DNA of 36,407 nucleotides from an uncultured Ruminococcus sp. (GCA_902782785.1 CACZOH010000030.1:1-36407); one strand, 5' to 3'; shown: positions 18,208 through 26,448, counted from the first letter of the stretch. Translations and numbers: made by a program. Notes: a model not told the origin generated them from the letters alone.

Positions 18208-19001
18208 GCAAGAAAAGAAAAAACAGAGAAGCTAAAAAAAGTCCGTATAATAAATTTACACGGGCGGTAAAAAAGCTTTTCGGCGTTGATCACAGAGATT
18301 ATTTCAACAGCGCGATAATCGTCGCCGCAGGCTCCGGCACGCGTATGAATCTGCCGGACGGACAGACGAAGCAAACGCTTGAAATAGAAGGCGTTCCCGT
18401 TATCGTCCGCACGGTACAGCAGTTTGAAGCGTGCGAGGATATAGATGAAATAATCCTTGTCGTCAAGCGTGACGAATTCGATTTATATAAAGAGTATTAC
18501 AAAAAATACGCTTTCAAAAAGGTAAAACACGTAGTCGCGGGCGGCGATTCGAGACAGAGCTCCGTTTTAAACGGTCTTACGCGTGTTTCGGAAGCTTCTG
18601 ATTTCGTTACGATACACGATGGAGTGCGATGCCTCATAACGCCTGAGATGATATCCGAGGTATGTACCTTCGCATACCACTACGGCGCGGCGACCGCCGT
18701 CACCAGACCTTCTGACACTCTCAAAATGTCCGAGGACGGATCGTTTATCAAAGAGACCGTTGACAGGAACAGGATATATCAGGCGCAGACGCCGCAGATA
18801 TTCAAATACGATATGTACCGCGCCGCCGCGCTTTCCGCGAAAAAAGATGGTTTTGAGGCGACGGACGACAATTCTCTCGTTGAAAGAATGAAGTTCAGGA
18901 TCTATATGTGCGATCTCGGAAAAGAAAACATCAAAATTACAACGAAAGAAGATATCTACTCCGCCGAGGCGATACTCAAAAGCCGCGGAGGTGAGTTATG
19001 A
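18204..19001 (+). CDS. ispD: 2-C-methyl-D-erythritol 4-phosphate cytidylyltransferase with a basic N-terminal extension
   Basis: The AIIVAAGSGTRM P-loop-like motif, VVKRD and a GG(D/E)SRQ-like segment (AGGDSRQSSV) are present. The only canonical in-frame start is the ATG at 18204, which overlaps the gamma stop (ATGA). Confidence 0.85.
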   Translation: MSKKRKNREAKKSPYNKFTRAVKKLFGVDHRDYFNSAIIVAAGSGTRMNLPDGQTKQTLEIEGVPVIVRTVQQFEACEDIDEIILVVKRDEFDLYKEYYKKYAFKKVKHVVAGGDSRQSSVLNGLTRVSEASDFVTIHDGVRCLITPEMISEVCTFAYHYGAATAVTRPSDTLKMSEDGSFIKETVDRNRIYQAQTPQIFKYDMYRAAALSAKKDGFEATDDNSLVERMKFRIYMCDLGKENIKITTKEDIYSAEAILKSRGGEL

Positions 19002-19486
19002 CGTTCCGCATCGGTCACGGTTACGACGTTCACCGCCTTGTCGAAGGCAGAAGGCTTATTTTAGGAGGCGTTGAGATACCTTATAAAACAGGACTTCTCG
19101 GCCATTCCGACGCGGACGTCCTGCTTCACGCAATATGCGACGCTCTGCTCGGAGCGGCGGCGATGCGCGATATAGGCTATCATTTCCCTGATAACGACAA
19201 ATCGTATGAAAACATAAGCAGTCTGATACTGCTTGAGCGCACGTACGGTATGATAAAAGAAAAAGGATATGAAGTCGTAAACGTTGACGCCACGGTCATA
19301 GCTCAGGCGCCGAAATTATCGCCGCATATAAATCAGATGATAAAAAACGTGGCGAAGGCGCTTATGACGGATACCGGAAACGTCAACATCAAAGCCACGA
19401 CCGAGGAGCATATGGGCTTTACCGGCTCGGGCGACGGAATAGCGGCTCACGCCGTATGTATACTGCAAAAATCAGATGACAAATAG
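18998..19486 (+). CDS. ispF: 2-C-methyl-D-erythritol 2,4-cyclodiphosphate synthase
   Basis: 162 aa with IGHGYDVHRL and GHSDADVLLHAICDALLGA. ATGA overlap with ispD. Confidence 0.9.
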   Translation: MTFRIGHGYDVHRLVEGRRLILGGVEIPYKTGLLGHSDADVLLHAICDALLGAAAMRDIGYHFPDNDKSYENISSLILLERTYGMIKEKGYEVVNVDATVIAQAPKLSPHINQMIKNVAKALMTDTGNVNIKATTEEHMGFTGSGDGIAAHAVCILQKSDDK

Positions 19487-19531
19487 TATTTCATTTTTCG
19501 TTTTTTCAAAGAACCGTAAAGAGGAGAAACA

Positions 19532-20653
19532 ATGAACAAGATCAGGAAAACAATAGTGAATACCCTGTTTTACAACGGTCTTGAAGAAAAAGATTTCGCA
19601 AACATACAGGATCTTGTATCTGCGGATAACAGGAAAACGGCGATAGTATGGTCTGTTTTGTCCGCTATTTACTGGACGTACTGTTTTATAATGTCGTTTG
19701 CGGACGAACTGTACCGTCTTTGCCGTACCGTTTACGTAGTAGCGCTGATTGCCGCGGTGATTTCGATCATTCTTTCCGTATTCTTTGCGCACAGATCCAA
19801 ATACGTGCTTACCGCCGTTTTATATATCTTAAGGATATCGCTTATTTTTGCGGGTGTGGGCATAGCATACTGTCAGCCGGGCGTAAGATCCGTCACGATG
19901 TTCGTCATGGCTGTCGTGATACCGATCTGTTTTATCGACAGGACGATATCCACGATACTTCTCGTCGTCGCGCAGATACTCGCATATTCAGTATTTACGG
20001 TCTCGGTTTTATCGTCGGATTTATTCTACTTCGGTCTTGTCACTCTGTTCATCTTCTCTTCTCTCGGCGTAGTTATGGGACATCACATTAACAAGTCGCG
20101 TTATGAGCGTTTCAAATACTCAAAACAGGTCGAATGTCTTGCGGAGGAACAGAGACAATATGCAAACCACGATGAAATGACGGGGCTTTTGAACAGGCGC
20201 GCGTACATACTTAAGGTCGACGCGCTGATGCTTTCCAAAGCCGATGATCATTTCGTTGTCATGGCTGACCTGAACGGTCTTAAAAGAGCAAACGACAACA
20301 TAGGACACGACGCGGGCGACGAGCTTCTCATCGCCACAGCCGACTCGCTGAAAAAAGCGTTTGAAGAATACGAAAATACGGACAGATTATACATTTACCG
20401 CACAGGCGGCGACGAGTTCTGCGTACTGTTCAAAGGTACTCAGCAGGAGATCGACGTATGTCTTGGAAAGCTTGACCGCGTTACCAAGGAATGGAAAGGA
20501 AAGCTTGCTGATAAGCTGTCTCTTTCCTGGGGTTATGCAAAATGCGATGACGGCGATATAGATACCGCGTTCAGAGCCGCAGATCAGATGATGTACGAAA
20601 ATAAAAAGATATACTATCAACAGTCAGGCATAGAAAGAAGACGCGGCGTATAA
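19532..20653 (+). CDS. Membrane-anchored diguanylate cyclase (GGDEF domain)
   Basis: 373 aa with about 6 N-terminal TM helices, then DEMTGLLNRR and an RTGGDEF active site. There is no RxxD I-site five residues upstream of GGDEF. SD is AGAGGAG. Confidence 0.85.
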   Translation: MNKIRKTIVNTLFYNGLEEKDFANIQDLVSADNRKTAIVWSVLSAIYWTYCFIMSFADELYRLCRTVYVVALIAAVISIILSVFFAHRSKYVLTAVLYILRISLIFAGVGIAYCQPGVRSVTMFVMAVVIPICFIDRTISTILLVVAQILAYSVFTVSVLSSDLFYFGLVTLFIFSSLGVVMGHHINKSRYERFKYSKQVECLAEEQRQYANHDEMTGLLNRRAYILKVDALMLSKADDHFVVMADLNGLKRANDNIGHDAGDELLIATADSLKKAFEEYENTDRLYIYRTGGDEFCVLFKGTQQEIDVCLGKLDRVTKEWKGKLADKLSLSWGYAKCDDGDIDTAFRAADQMMYENKKIYYQQSGIERRRGV

Positions 20654-20698
20654 CATTATAATCTCACTTGTTTTATCTTACGAAAGAAAGGTATTTTT

Positions 20699-23083
20699 AT
20701 GAAAAAGCTGAACGACATAAGTATCAGGGAGCTGAAGCAAAAGGCTTTTGATATCTATTACGATCAACTGAACGAGATGCAGCGAAAATCGGTATTCACG
20801 GTATCGGGTCCGCTGCTCATATTAGCCGGCGCGGGAACGGGAAAAACGACCGTTCTTGTCAACCGTATCGCTCATATACTGTCGTTCGGCAACGCATATT
20901 ACAGCGATTTTGTTCCGTCCGACCTGACGGATGAGGATCTTGCGATACTGCAGGATCCCGAAAAGTACGGCAAGGACGAGCTTTATCCCGTGCTTTATAA
21001 ATTCCGCTGTGAAAGCTGCGGAAAATACAATATCCTTGCGATAACCTTTACGAATAAAGCCGCTAACGAGATGAAAACAAGGCTCAACGCCATATTGAAC
21101 GAGGACTGCGGCGATCTGTTTGTCGGCACCTTTCATTCGATCTGCGTGAGATTCCTGCGCGCAAACGCGGACCGTCTGGGATACGACCGCAATTTTACGA
21201 TATACGACGCGGACGACAGTAAAAAGCTTATATCCGACTGCATGAAGAGGCTGAATATAGACGACAAATATCTTCCGGTCTATATGGTGGAAAAACGAAT
21301 CAGCCGCGCAAAGGACAGCCTTATTACAGCCGCAGACTTTGCGGCGCAGTCCGAGAACGATTTCAGGGATTCTCAGATAGCGACGATATACGAGCTGTAT
21401 CAGCATGAGCTTGAGAAAAACAACGCCATGGACTTTGACGATCTTATTTGTCTTACCGTGAAGCTGTTTGCTGAAAACGACGATATTCTTGAAAGATATT
21501 CATCAAAATTCAAATACATCAGCGTTGACGAATATCAGGATACGAACTATGCGCAGTCAAAGCTTATAGAACTCCTTGCAAAGGTCAACGGCAATATAAT
21601 GGCTGTCGGCGACGACGATCAGAGCATTTACAAATTCAGAGGCGCGACCATAAAGAATATACTTGATTTTGACAAGATATTCAAAAACTGCGCGGTAATA
21701 AAGCTTGAAGAAAACTACAGATCAACGTCCAACATATTAGAGGCCGCAAACTCCGTCATAAGAAACAACAAGAGCCGCCGCGGAAAAGAGCTTTATACAA
21801 AGGCGGGAGAAGGAAATAAGGTCCATATCAAACGCGTGCCGAATCAGCTTGACGAGGCGAGATACATAATAAACACGGTAAAAGAAGGCATAACGAAACA
21901 CGGGAAAGCTTTTTCCGATTACGCGATCCTGTACCGTATGAACGCACAGGCCAACGCCATTCAAACCGCATTCAGCAGGAGCGGTATTCCCTTCCGCATC
22001 ATCGGCGGCAGACGTTTCTATGAGAAAAAGGAGATACGCGATATCATCGCATATCTGTCGGTTATAAACAACCCGGCGGACGATATGAGACTGCTGCGCA
22101 TCATAAACGAGCCGAAGCGCAAGATAGGCGACTCTACGATAGAGGCGATACGCGCCATTGCCGAGGAAAAGGAAACTGACCTTTTCAGGATAATGTCCAC
22201 GTCCTCCGATATACCGGCTTTATGCAAGGTCTGCTCAAAGCTTGAGAAATTCTCCGCTATGATACTTAACCTCAAATCCTGCGCTGACACCGTGCCTTTA
22301 CCGGAGCTGCTTGAAACGGTGCTTGAGACTACGGGCTACAGAGATATGCTCCTTATGAGCGGCGACGAGGAGGACAGAGAAAGACTTGAAAACATAGAGG
22401 AGTTAAAATCCTCTATGACGCAGTATGAGCTTGAAAACGAAAATCCAACGCTTGAGGGATTTTTGCAGAGCATTTCTCTCATAACCGATATAGACAACTA
22501 CGACAAGACCGCGAACGCCGTCGTTATGATGACGATACACAGCGCGAAAGGTCTTGAATTTCCGACGGTGTTTTTACCGGGTATGGAGGAAGGCGTTTTC
22601 CCGGGCGGTCAGGTGCTTAACGATCCGGGTGAACTTGAGGAGGAACGCCGGCTGGCTTATGTTGCGATAACGAGGGCGAAAACGGAGCTGTATCTCATTC
22701 ACTGCTCCGAACGTATGCTTTACGGCAAAACCTCGTTCAATCCCGTATCGCGTTTTGCGTCGGAAATATCTCCCGAATTCACCGACGCTGTCGTGAACAA
22801 AAAGACGAACGCCATGGAAAATCTGCAGAATACAAGCTCCAGACGCCGCCATCAGTTATCAACGGAGATATTCAAAAATTCCGCGGACATAGGAAACGTC
22901 GGCAAAACTCAGGGCTACGAGACGTTTGCGGAGGGCGACAGAGTATCTCATATGACTTTCGGCGCGGGAACCGTTGAAACCGTCATACCAATGGGCGCGG
23001 ATACGATGTATACCGTGAATTTTGACTTGTACGGCAAAAAGCGGTTAATGGCGACGTACGCAAAGCTCCAGCGCAATGATTAA
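20699..23083 (+). CDS. pcrA: ATP-dependent DNA helicase PcrA/UvrD (SF1A)
   Basis: 794 aa with Walker A GAGTGKT, motif Ia ILAITFTNKAANEM, motif II VDEYQDTN, motif III GDDDQSIYKFRGA, motif V/VI regions (TIHSAKGLEF, RRLAYVAITRA) and a C-terminal Tudor-like tail. Confidence 0.9.
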   Translation: MKKLNDISIRELKQKAFDIYYDQLNEMQRKSVFTVSGPLLILAGAGTGKTTVLVNRIAHILSFGNAYYSDFVPSDLTDEDLAILQDPEKYGKDELYPVLYKFRCESCGKYNILAITFTNKAANEMKTRLNAILNEDCGDLFVGTFHSICVRFLRANADRLGYDRNFTIYDADDSKKLISDCMKRLNIDDKYLPVYMVEKRISRAKDSLITAADFAAQSENDFRDSQIATIYELYQHELEKNNAMDFDDLICLTVKLFAENDDILERYSSKFKYISVDEYQDTNYAQSKLIELLAKVNGNIMAVGDDDQSIYKFRGATIKNILDFDKIFKNCAVIKLEENYRSTSNILEAANSVIRNNKSRRGKELYTKAGEGNKVHIKRVPNQLDEARYIINTVKEGITKHGKAFSDYAILYRMNAQANAIQTAFSRSGIPFRIIGGRRFYEKKEIRDIIAYLSVINNPADDMRLLRIINEPKRKIGDSTIEAIRAIAEEKETDLFRIMSTSSDIPALCKVCSKLEKFSAMILNLKSCADTVPLPELLETVLETTGYRDMLLMSGDEEDRERLENIEELKSSMTQYELENENPTLEGFLQSISLITDIDNYDKTANAVVMMTIHSAKGLEFPTVFLPGMEEGVFPGGQVLNDPGELEEERRLAYVAITRAKTELYLIHCSERMLYGKTSFNPVSRFASEISPEFTDAVVNKKTNAMENLQNTSSRRRHQLSTEIFKNSADIGNVGKTQGYETFAEGDRVSHMTFGAGTVETVIPMGADTMYTVNFDLYGKKRLMATYAKLQRND

Positions 23084-23143
23084 GAATTATTAAGAAAAAT
23101 TAAGGTTTTTAATAAACAGCGCTTGTTTATTAAGAATTATTAA
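23079..23143 (+). repeat. 15-nt direct repeat (ATTAAGAATTATTAA) flanking an AT-rich hairpin
   Basis: Identical 15-mers lie at 23079-23093 (overlapping the pcrA stop codon) and 23129-23143. Confidence 0.7.
23109..23133 (+). terminator. Weak AT-rich hairpin downstream of pcrA (possible terminator)
   Basis: ttaataaaca / tgtttattaa form a 10-bp stem with the loop gcgct. There is no clean U-tract, only A/T-rich flanks. Confidence 0.3.
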
Positions 23144-23159
23144 ATCGGTGCAAAACCTA

Positions 23160-23188
23160 TTGATTTTTTATCAGGTTTCCGCTATAAT
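23160..23188 (+). promoter_or_regulatory. Near-consensus sigma-A promoter for nfeD-SPFH
   Basis: TTGATT (23160-23165), exactly 17 nt of spacer, then TATAAT (23183-23188). Confidence 0.6.
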
Positions 23189-23194
23189 GATTAT

Positions 23195-23297
23195 AGCCGG
23201 GGAAAACCGTGGGTTATCCTGCGGTACCCCGGCTGATTACATAGAGAGGCGAGAACAAAACGCGTTTGCAAACGCAGTCAAGCCGCTCTGATATCAG
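23195..23297 (+). promoter_or_regulatory. Structured 5' leader of nfeD (long 5' hairpin plus two palindromes)
   Basis: The hairpin agccgggg (23195-23202) / ccccggct (23227-23234) has an inner accg/cggt helix. A perfect 14-nt palindrome gcgtttgcaaacgc lies at 23262-23275. A 10-nt palindrome ctgatatcag at 23288-23297 abuts the AGGAGG SD. Confidence 0.45.
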
Positions 23298-23306
23298 GAG
23301 GAAAAT

Positions 23307-23753
23307 ATGTGGTGGATAGTTTGGCTTGTCGTATGCGTTGCGTGCGTCATACTTGAAACGGCGTCACCTCAGCTTACGTCTATATGGTTTGCTTTGGGTG
23401 CGCTTGCCGCTTTAATAGCATCATTTATCAAGCCCGAACTTTGGTGGCTGCAGCTTATCATATTCGTTATAGTGTCAGCCGCCGCGCTTGCGGCAACGAG
23501 ACCCCTTGCAAAAAAGCTGACTGCAAAAAGAGCCGAGCGTATGAACGCAGACAGATTTTTGGGTGAAGAGGGAGTCGTCATACAAAGTATAAACAATACT
23601 TTGGGAGAGGGACAGATAAAATCGCTCGGTACCGTCTGGTCTGCAAGAACCGAATCCGACGGGGATATAATAAACGAGGGTGAAACGGTCGTTATCAAAC
23701 GCATTGAAGGCGTTAAAGTAATAGTAGAAAAGAAAGAAAAAAGAGAGGTATAA
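23307..23753 (+). CDS. NfeD-family membrane protein (C-terminal OB-fold)
   Basis: 148 aa with two to three N-terminal TM helices and a C-terminal G.G.V.......G.(I/V)...G..W.A......I..G..V.V....G..L.V pattern. It lies directly upstream of an SPFH gene, the classic NfeD-SPFH pairing. Confidence 0.85.
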   Translation: MWWIVWLVVCVACVILETASPQLTSIWFALGALAALIASFIKPELWWLQLIIFVIVSAAALAATRPLAKKLTAKRAERMNADRFLGEEGVVIQSINNTLGEGQIKSLGTVWSARTESDGDIINEGETVVIKRIEGVKVIVEKKEKREV

Positions 23754-23757
23754 TATT

Positions 23758-24735
23758 ATGATGAATCTGATCTCACTTATTCCGCTTCAGGTAAATTACG
23801 TTCCGTACGTTGTTGTTGCGGCTATCGTGATAGTTTTGCTGATAATCCTTATTTCCTGCATCAAGGTCGTTCCGCAGTCGAAGGCGTACGTCATTGAGCG
23901 TCTCGGAATGTACCGCTCAACGTGGCAGACGGGTCTTCATTTCAAACTGCCTGTAATCGAGCGTATCTCAAAGATCGTCTCTTTGAAAGAGCAGGTCGTT
24001 GACTTCCCTCCTCAGCCCGTTATAACGAGAGATAACGTAACGATGCAGATAGACACGGTCGTTTTCTATCAGATAACAGACCCGAAAATGTACGCCTACG
24101 GCGTTGAAAGACCTATCGTTGCTATTGAAAACCTCACCGCCACGACGCTCCGTAATATCATAGGCGATATGGAACTCGACCACACTCTCACCTCGCGCGA
24201 TACGATTAACGCAAAAATCAGAGTTATACTTGACGAGGCGACGGACCCGTGGGGCATCAAGGTAAACCGCGTTGAATTAAAGAACATCATGCCGCCGACG
24301 GAGATCCAGGACGCTATGGAAAAACAGATGAAAGCAGAGCGTCAGCGCCGTGAAGCGATACTCCGTGCAGAGGGCGAAAAACAGAGTAAGATCCTTGTTG
24401 CCGAAGGTCAGAAAGAAAGCCAGATACTCGCCGCCGAGGGTGAAAAACAGGCGCAGATACTCCGCGCCGAGGCCGTCAAGGAGCAAAAAATACGCGAGGC
24501 GGAAGGCGAAGCCGAGGCTATCTTAAACGTTCAGAAGGCTGTTGCAGATTCTATCAAGCTGATTAACGAAGCCGCGCCCGAGGACGGATATATCACGATG
24601 AAGAAGCTCGAAGCGTTTGAAAAAGCGGCGGACGGCAAGGCTACAAAGATCATCGTTCCGTCGGAGCTTGCAAGCGTAGCCGGTCTCGTTTCCGGCATAA
24701 AGGCAGTTGCCGAAAAGGACGATAAAGCGGAATAA
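23758..24735 (+). CDS. SPFH/Band-7 (stomatin/QmcA-like) protein
   Basis: 325 aa with an N-terminal TM helix, an SPFH core (VIERLGMY...PPQPVITRDNVTMQIDTVVFYQITDP...LRNIIGDMELD) and a coiled-coil of AEG(E/Q)K(Q/E)xxIL repeats. Confidence 0.9.
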   Translation: MMNLISLIPLQVNYVPYVVVAAIVIVLLIILISCIKVVPQSKAYVIERLGMYRSTWQTGLHFKLPVIERISKIVSLKEQVVDFPPQPVITRDNVTMQIDTVVFYQITDPKMYAYGVERPIVAIENLTATTLRNIIGDMELDHTLTSRDTINAKIRVILDEATDPWGIKVNRVELKNIMPPTEIQDAMEKQMKAERQRREAILRAEGEKQSKILVAEGQKESQILAAEGEKQAQILRAEAVKEQKIREAEGEAEAILNVQKAVADSIKLINEAAPEDGYITMKKLEAFEKAADGKATKIIVPSELASVAGLVSGIKAVAEKDDKAE

Positions 24736-24749
24736 TCAATTATGATAAA

Positions 24750-24775
24750 GGGGCTGCCGGCAAAACGACAGCCCC
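24750..24775 (+). terminator. GC-rich hairpin after the SPFH gene (probable terminator or attenuator)
   Basis: ggggctg (24750-24756) / cagcccc (24769-24775), extendable to about 10 bp with one mismatch. The downstream sequence is A/T-rich but lacks a clean T-run. Confidence 0.45.
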
Positions 24776-24825
24776 ATATCCGTATTATATTACAATGTTT
24801 TGGCATTTACATACTAGGAGATATA

Positions 24826-25908
24826 ATGAAGAAAATATTTTTTAAGATACTTCACTTTTTGCCTGTATTTATACTGCTCATAATCTTAAATCTTTTAAAC
24901 CGCGCTTCTTTTTCGTATATGAACGCGGGCGCGGATAATTTCATATCAGAAACGGTTTCAAATATTATTTTATCCGTTTCCGCCGCTTTGCTGTATTTCT
25001 TTTTACTGCAAAACGCGGTGAGACTTGATGTTAATTCGGATGATAAATTATATGACGGAACAAACGTATATGTTTTGGTGCTTAAAAATCCGGGCTTTTA
25101 CATATCGGCAGGCTTTGTGGTTTTATATGACCTAATTTTCACGTCATCGCTGTCAAACAGACTTAACGACGCGATAAAGATAAAGCCTTTGGCGATTATA
25201 ATATCCCTTGTTTACATCGTCGCCGCTTCCCTTTTCATCCGGGTTAAGGAAACAAAATACCATACAGAGGCAAAAAAGGTAAAGGTCTCGTCCGTTATCC
25301 TCGGTTTCGTCATACCGTCGCTTGCAATATGCGCCGTCACGTATTTTATTCCTCTGATAGCTGTTCAGTGGAACGTGTTTGTGTTCCTCGGAAGATTTGT
25401 AATTATCGGTCTTGCGATATTTCTTATAGTTATTTATTCAATTAAATTCTCAAAAGCCGTTAAGAACCGCAAAAAGTTTATCGAAAATCTTAAATCCGTC
25501 TGCCGCGAAAAAGGATATGAATTATCAGATATCCGCCGCCCGCTACTATCCGTATTCCGCGACGACGGTAAAATCAATTATACGATCAAAAACAAAGACA
25601 TTGTAACGGAACACAAGCTGATGTGCTGTTTAAATAAATCCTGTAACGTATTTTTCTTTACCGAGGGCGGAATTATAAAGGATCTGCCGATAAAGCTCGG
25701 CAGAAACAACGTTCTGTTTTCATTCAGGCACAGGACCGTTTTAAACAGCCAGCGCTGTTACGTTATATTCACCTCACCGCCGAACAACGCGTTGAACGGT
25801 ACGGCAAACGGCAAGGAATACCTTGATAACGGCGTCGCCGTCGGAAATCTCGTGTATTATACGCCTATCGGATATATAAACAATCTTGAAAGGGGTATTA
25901 TAAAGTGA
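24826..25908 (+). CDS. Hypothetical polytopic membrane protein with an unknown cytoplasmic C-terminal domain
   Basis: 360 aa starting at MKKIFFKIL, with AGGAG 5 nt upstream. There are about 6 hydrophobic helices (res 10-205), then about 150 aa of soluble sequence. The tracked 24742 start would read through the hairpin, so I rejected it. No family motif recognised. Confidence 0.6.
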   Translation: MKKIFFKILHFLPVFILLIILNLLNRASFSYMNAGADNFISETVSNIILSVSAALLYFFLLQNAVRLDVNSDDKLYDGTNVYVLVLKNPGFYISAGFVVLYDLIFTSSLSNRLNDAIKIKPLAIIISLVYIVAASLFIRVKETKYHTEAKKVKVSSVILGFVIPSLAICAVTYFIPLIAVQWNVFVFLGRFVIIGLAIFLIVIYSIKFSKAVKNRKKFIENLKSVCREKGYELSDIRRPLLSVFRDDGKINYTIKNKDIVTEHKLMCCLNKSCNVFFFTEGGIIKDLPIKLGRNNVLFSFRHRTVLNSQRCYVIFTSPPNNALNGTANGKEYLDNGVAVGNLVYYTPIGYINNLERGIIK

Positions 25909-26444
25909 AAGACACGGACAGAATTCCGTTTGACGACGAATTCATTAAAAATCGTCTGAAAGAAAAAGCGCGTCAGCCGGTTTTGCTATATGTTTTGACA
26001 GCCGTGTTTATTCTGACGGAGGTTGTGATAATATTGATAATCTGCACGGAAAATTACGTACATAACGTGCCGAATAACTATTTCCTTATTATTTTCACCG
26101 TAGTTCTTATTCTTTTCTGTATAGGCGTATTTACGTATCTGATATTAAAACAAAGTAAATTTGCCAAAAGCTACAAGAAATCAAAAGGCGAATTTACAGT
26201 AACAACAGATACGATAATTTATCACAAGGTCAAAGAAACATACACAGCGAAAAGAAGAAGCGAAGAATATACGCTGACGCTAAAAAATCACGATGAATTT
26301 GTAACGCATAACCTCGAGCTTACGGGTTTGTATATAGAGGACAACGAAAAATGCTACGTCGTATCCTTCGTCGATTCGCCTGATATTCCCGCGCTTGTTT
26401 TCAATGCCAGAATTTATGAATATAAAGGCAGCCGTTTGAAATAA
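25905..26444 (+). CDS. Hypothetical 2-TM membrane protein with a beta-rich C-terminal domain
   Basis: 179 aa with a GTG start overlapping the preceding stop (GTGA, 25905-25908). An AAAGGGG purine run lies about 10 nt upstream. Two TM helices (res ~25-80). No motif recognised. Confidence 0.55.
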   Translation: MKDTDRIPFDDEFIKNRLKEKARQPVLLYVLTAVFILTEVVIILIICTENYVHNVPNNYFLIIFTVVLILFCIGVFTYLILKQSKFAKSYKKSKGEFTVTTDTIIYHKVKETYTAKRRSEEYTLTLKNHDEFVTHNLELTGLYIEDNEKCYVVSFVDSPDIPALVFNARIYEYKGSRLK

Positions 26445-26448
26445 AACG

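Noticed and set aside
24355-24525. An apparent tandem repeat in the DNA (AEGEKQxxIL units, about 33 nt each).
   Set aside because: The coiled-coil heptad/11-mer repeat region of the SPFH protein explains it. The repeat is imperfect at the DNA level, so it is not a separate repeat element.
24742-24825. A 28-codon upstream extension of the 24826 membrane-protein ORF.
   Set aside because: The extension reads straight through the GC-rich hairpin after the SPFH gene. The ATG at 24826 has AGGAG 5 nt upstream and starts with a typical MKK…hydrophobic N-terminus.
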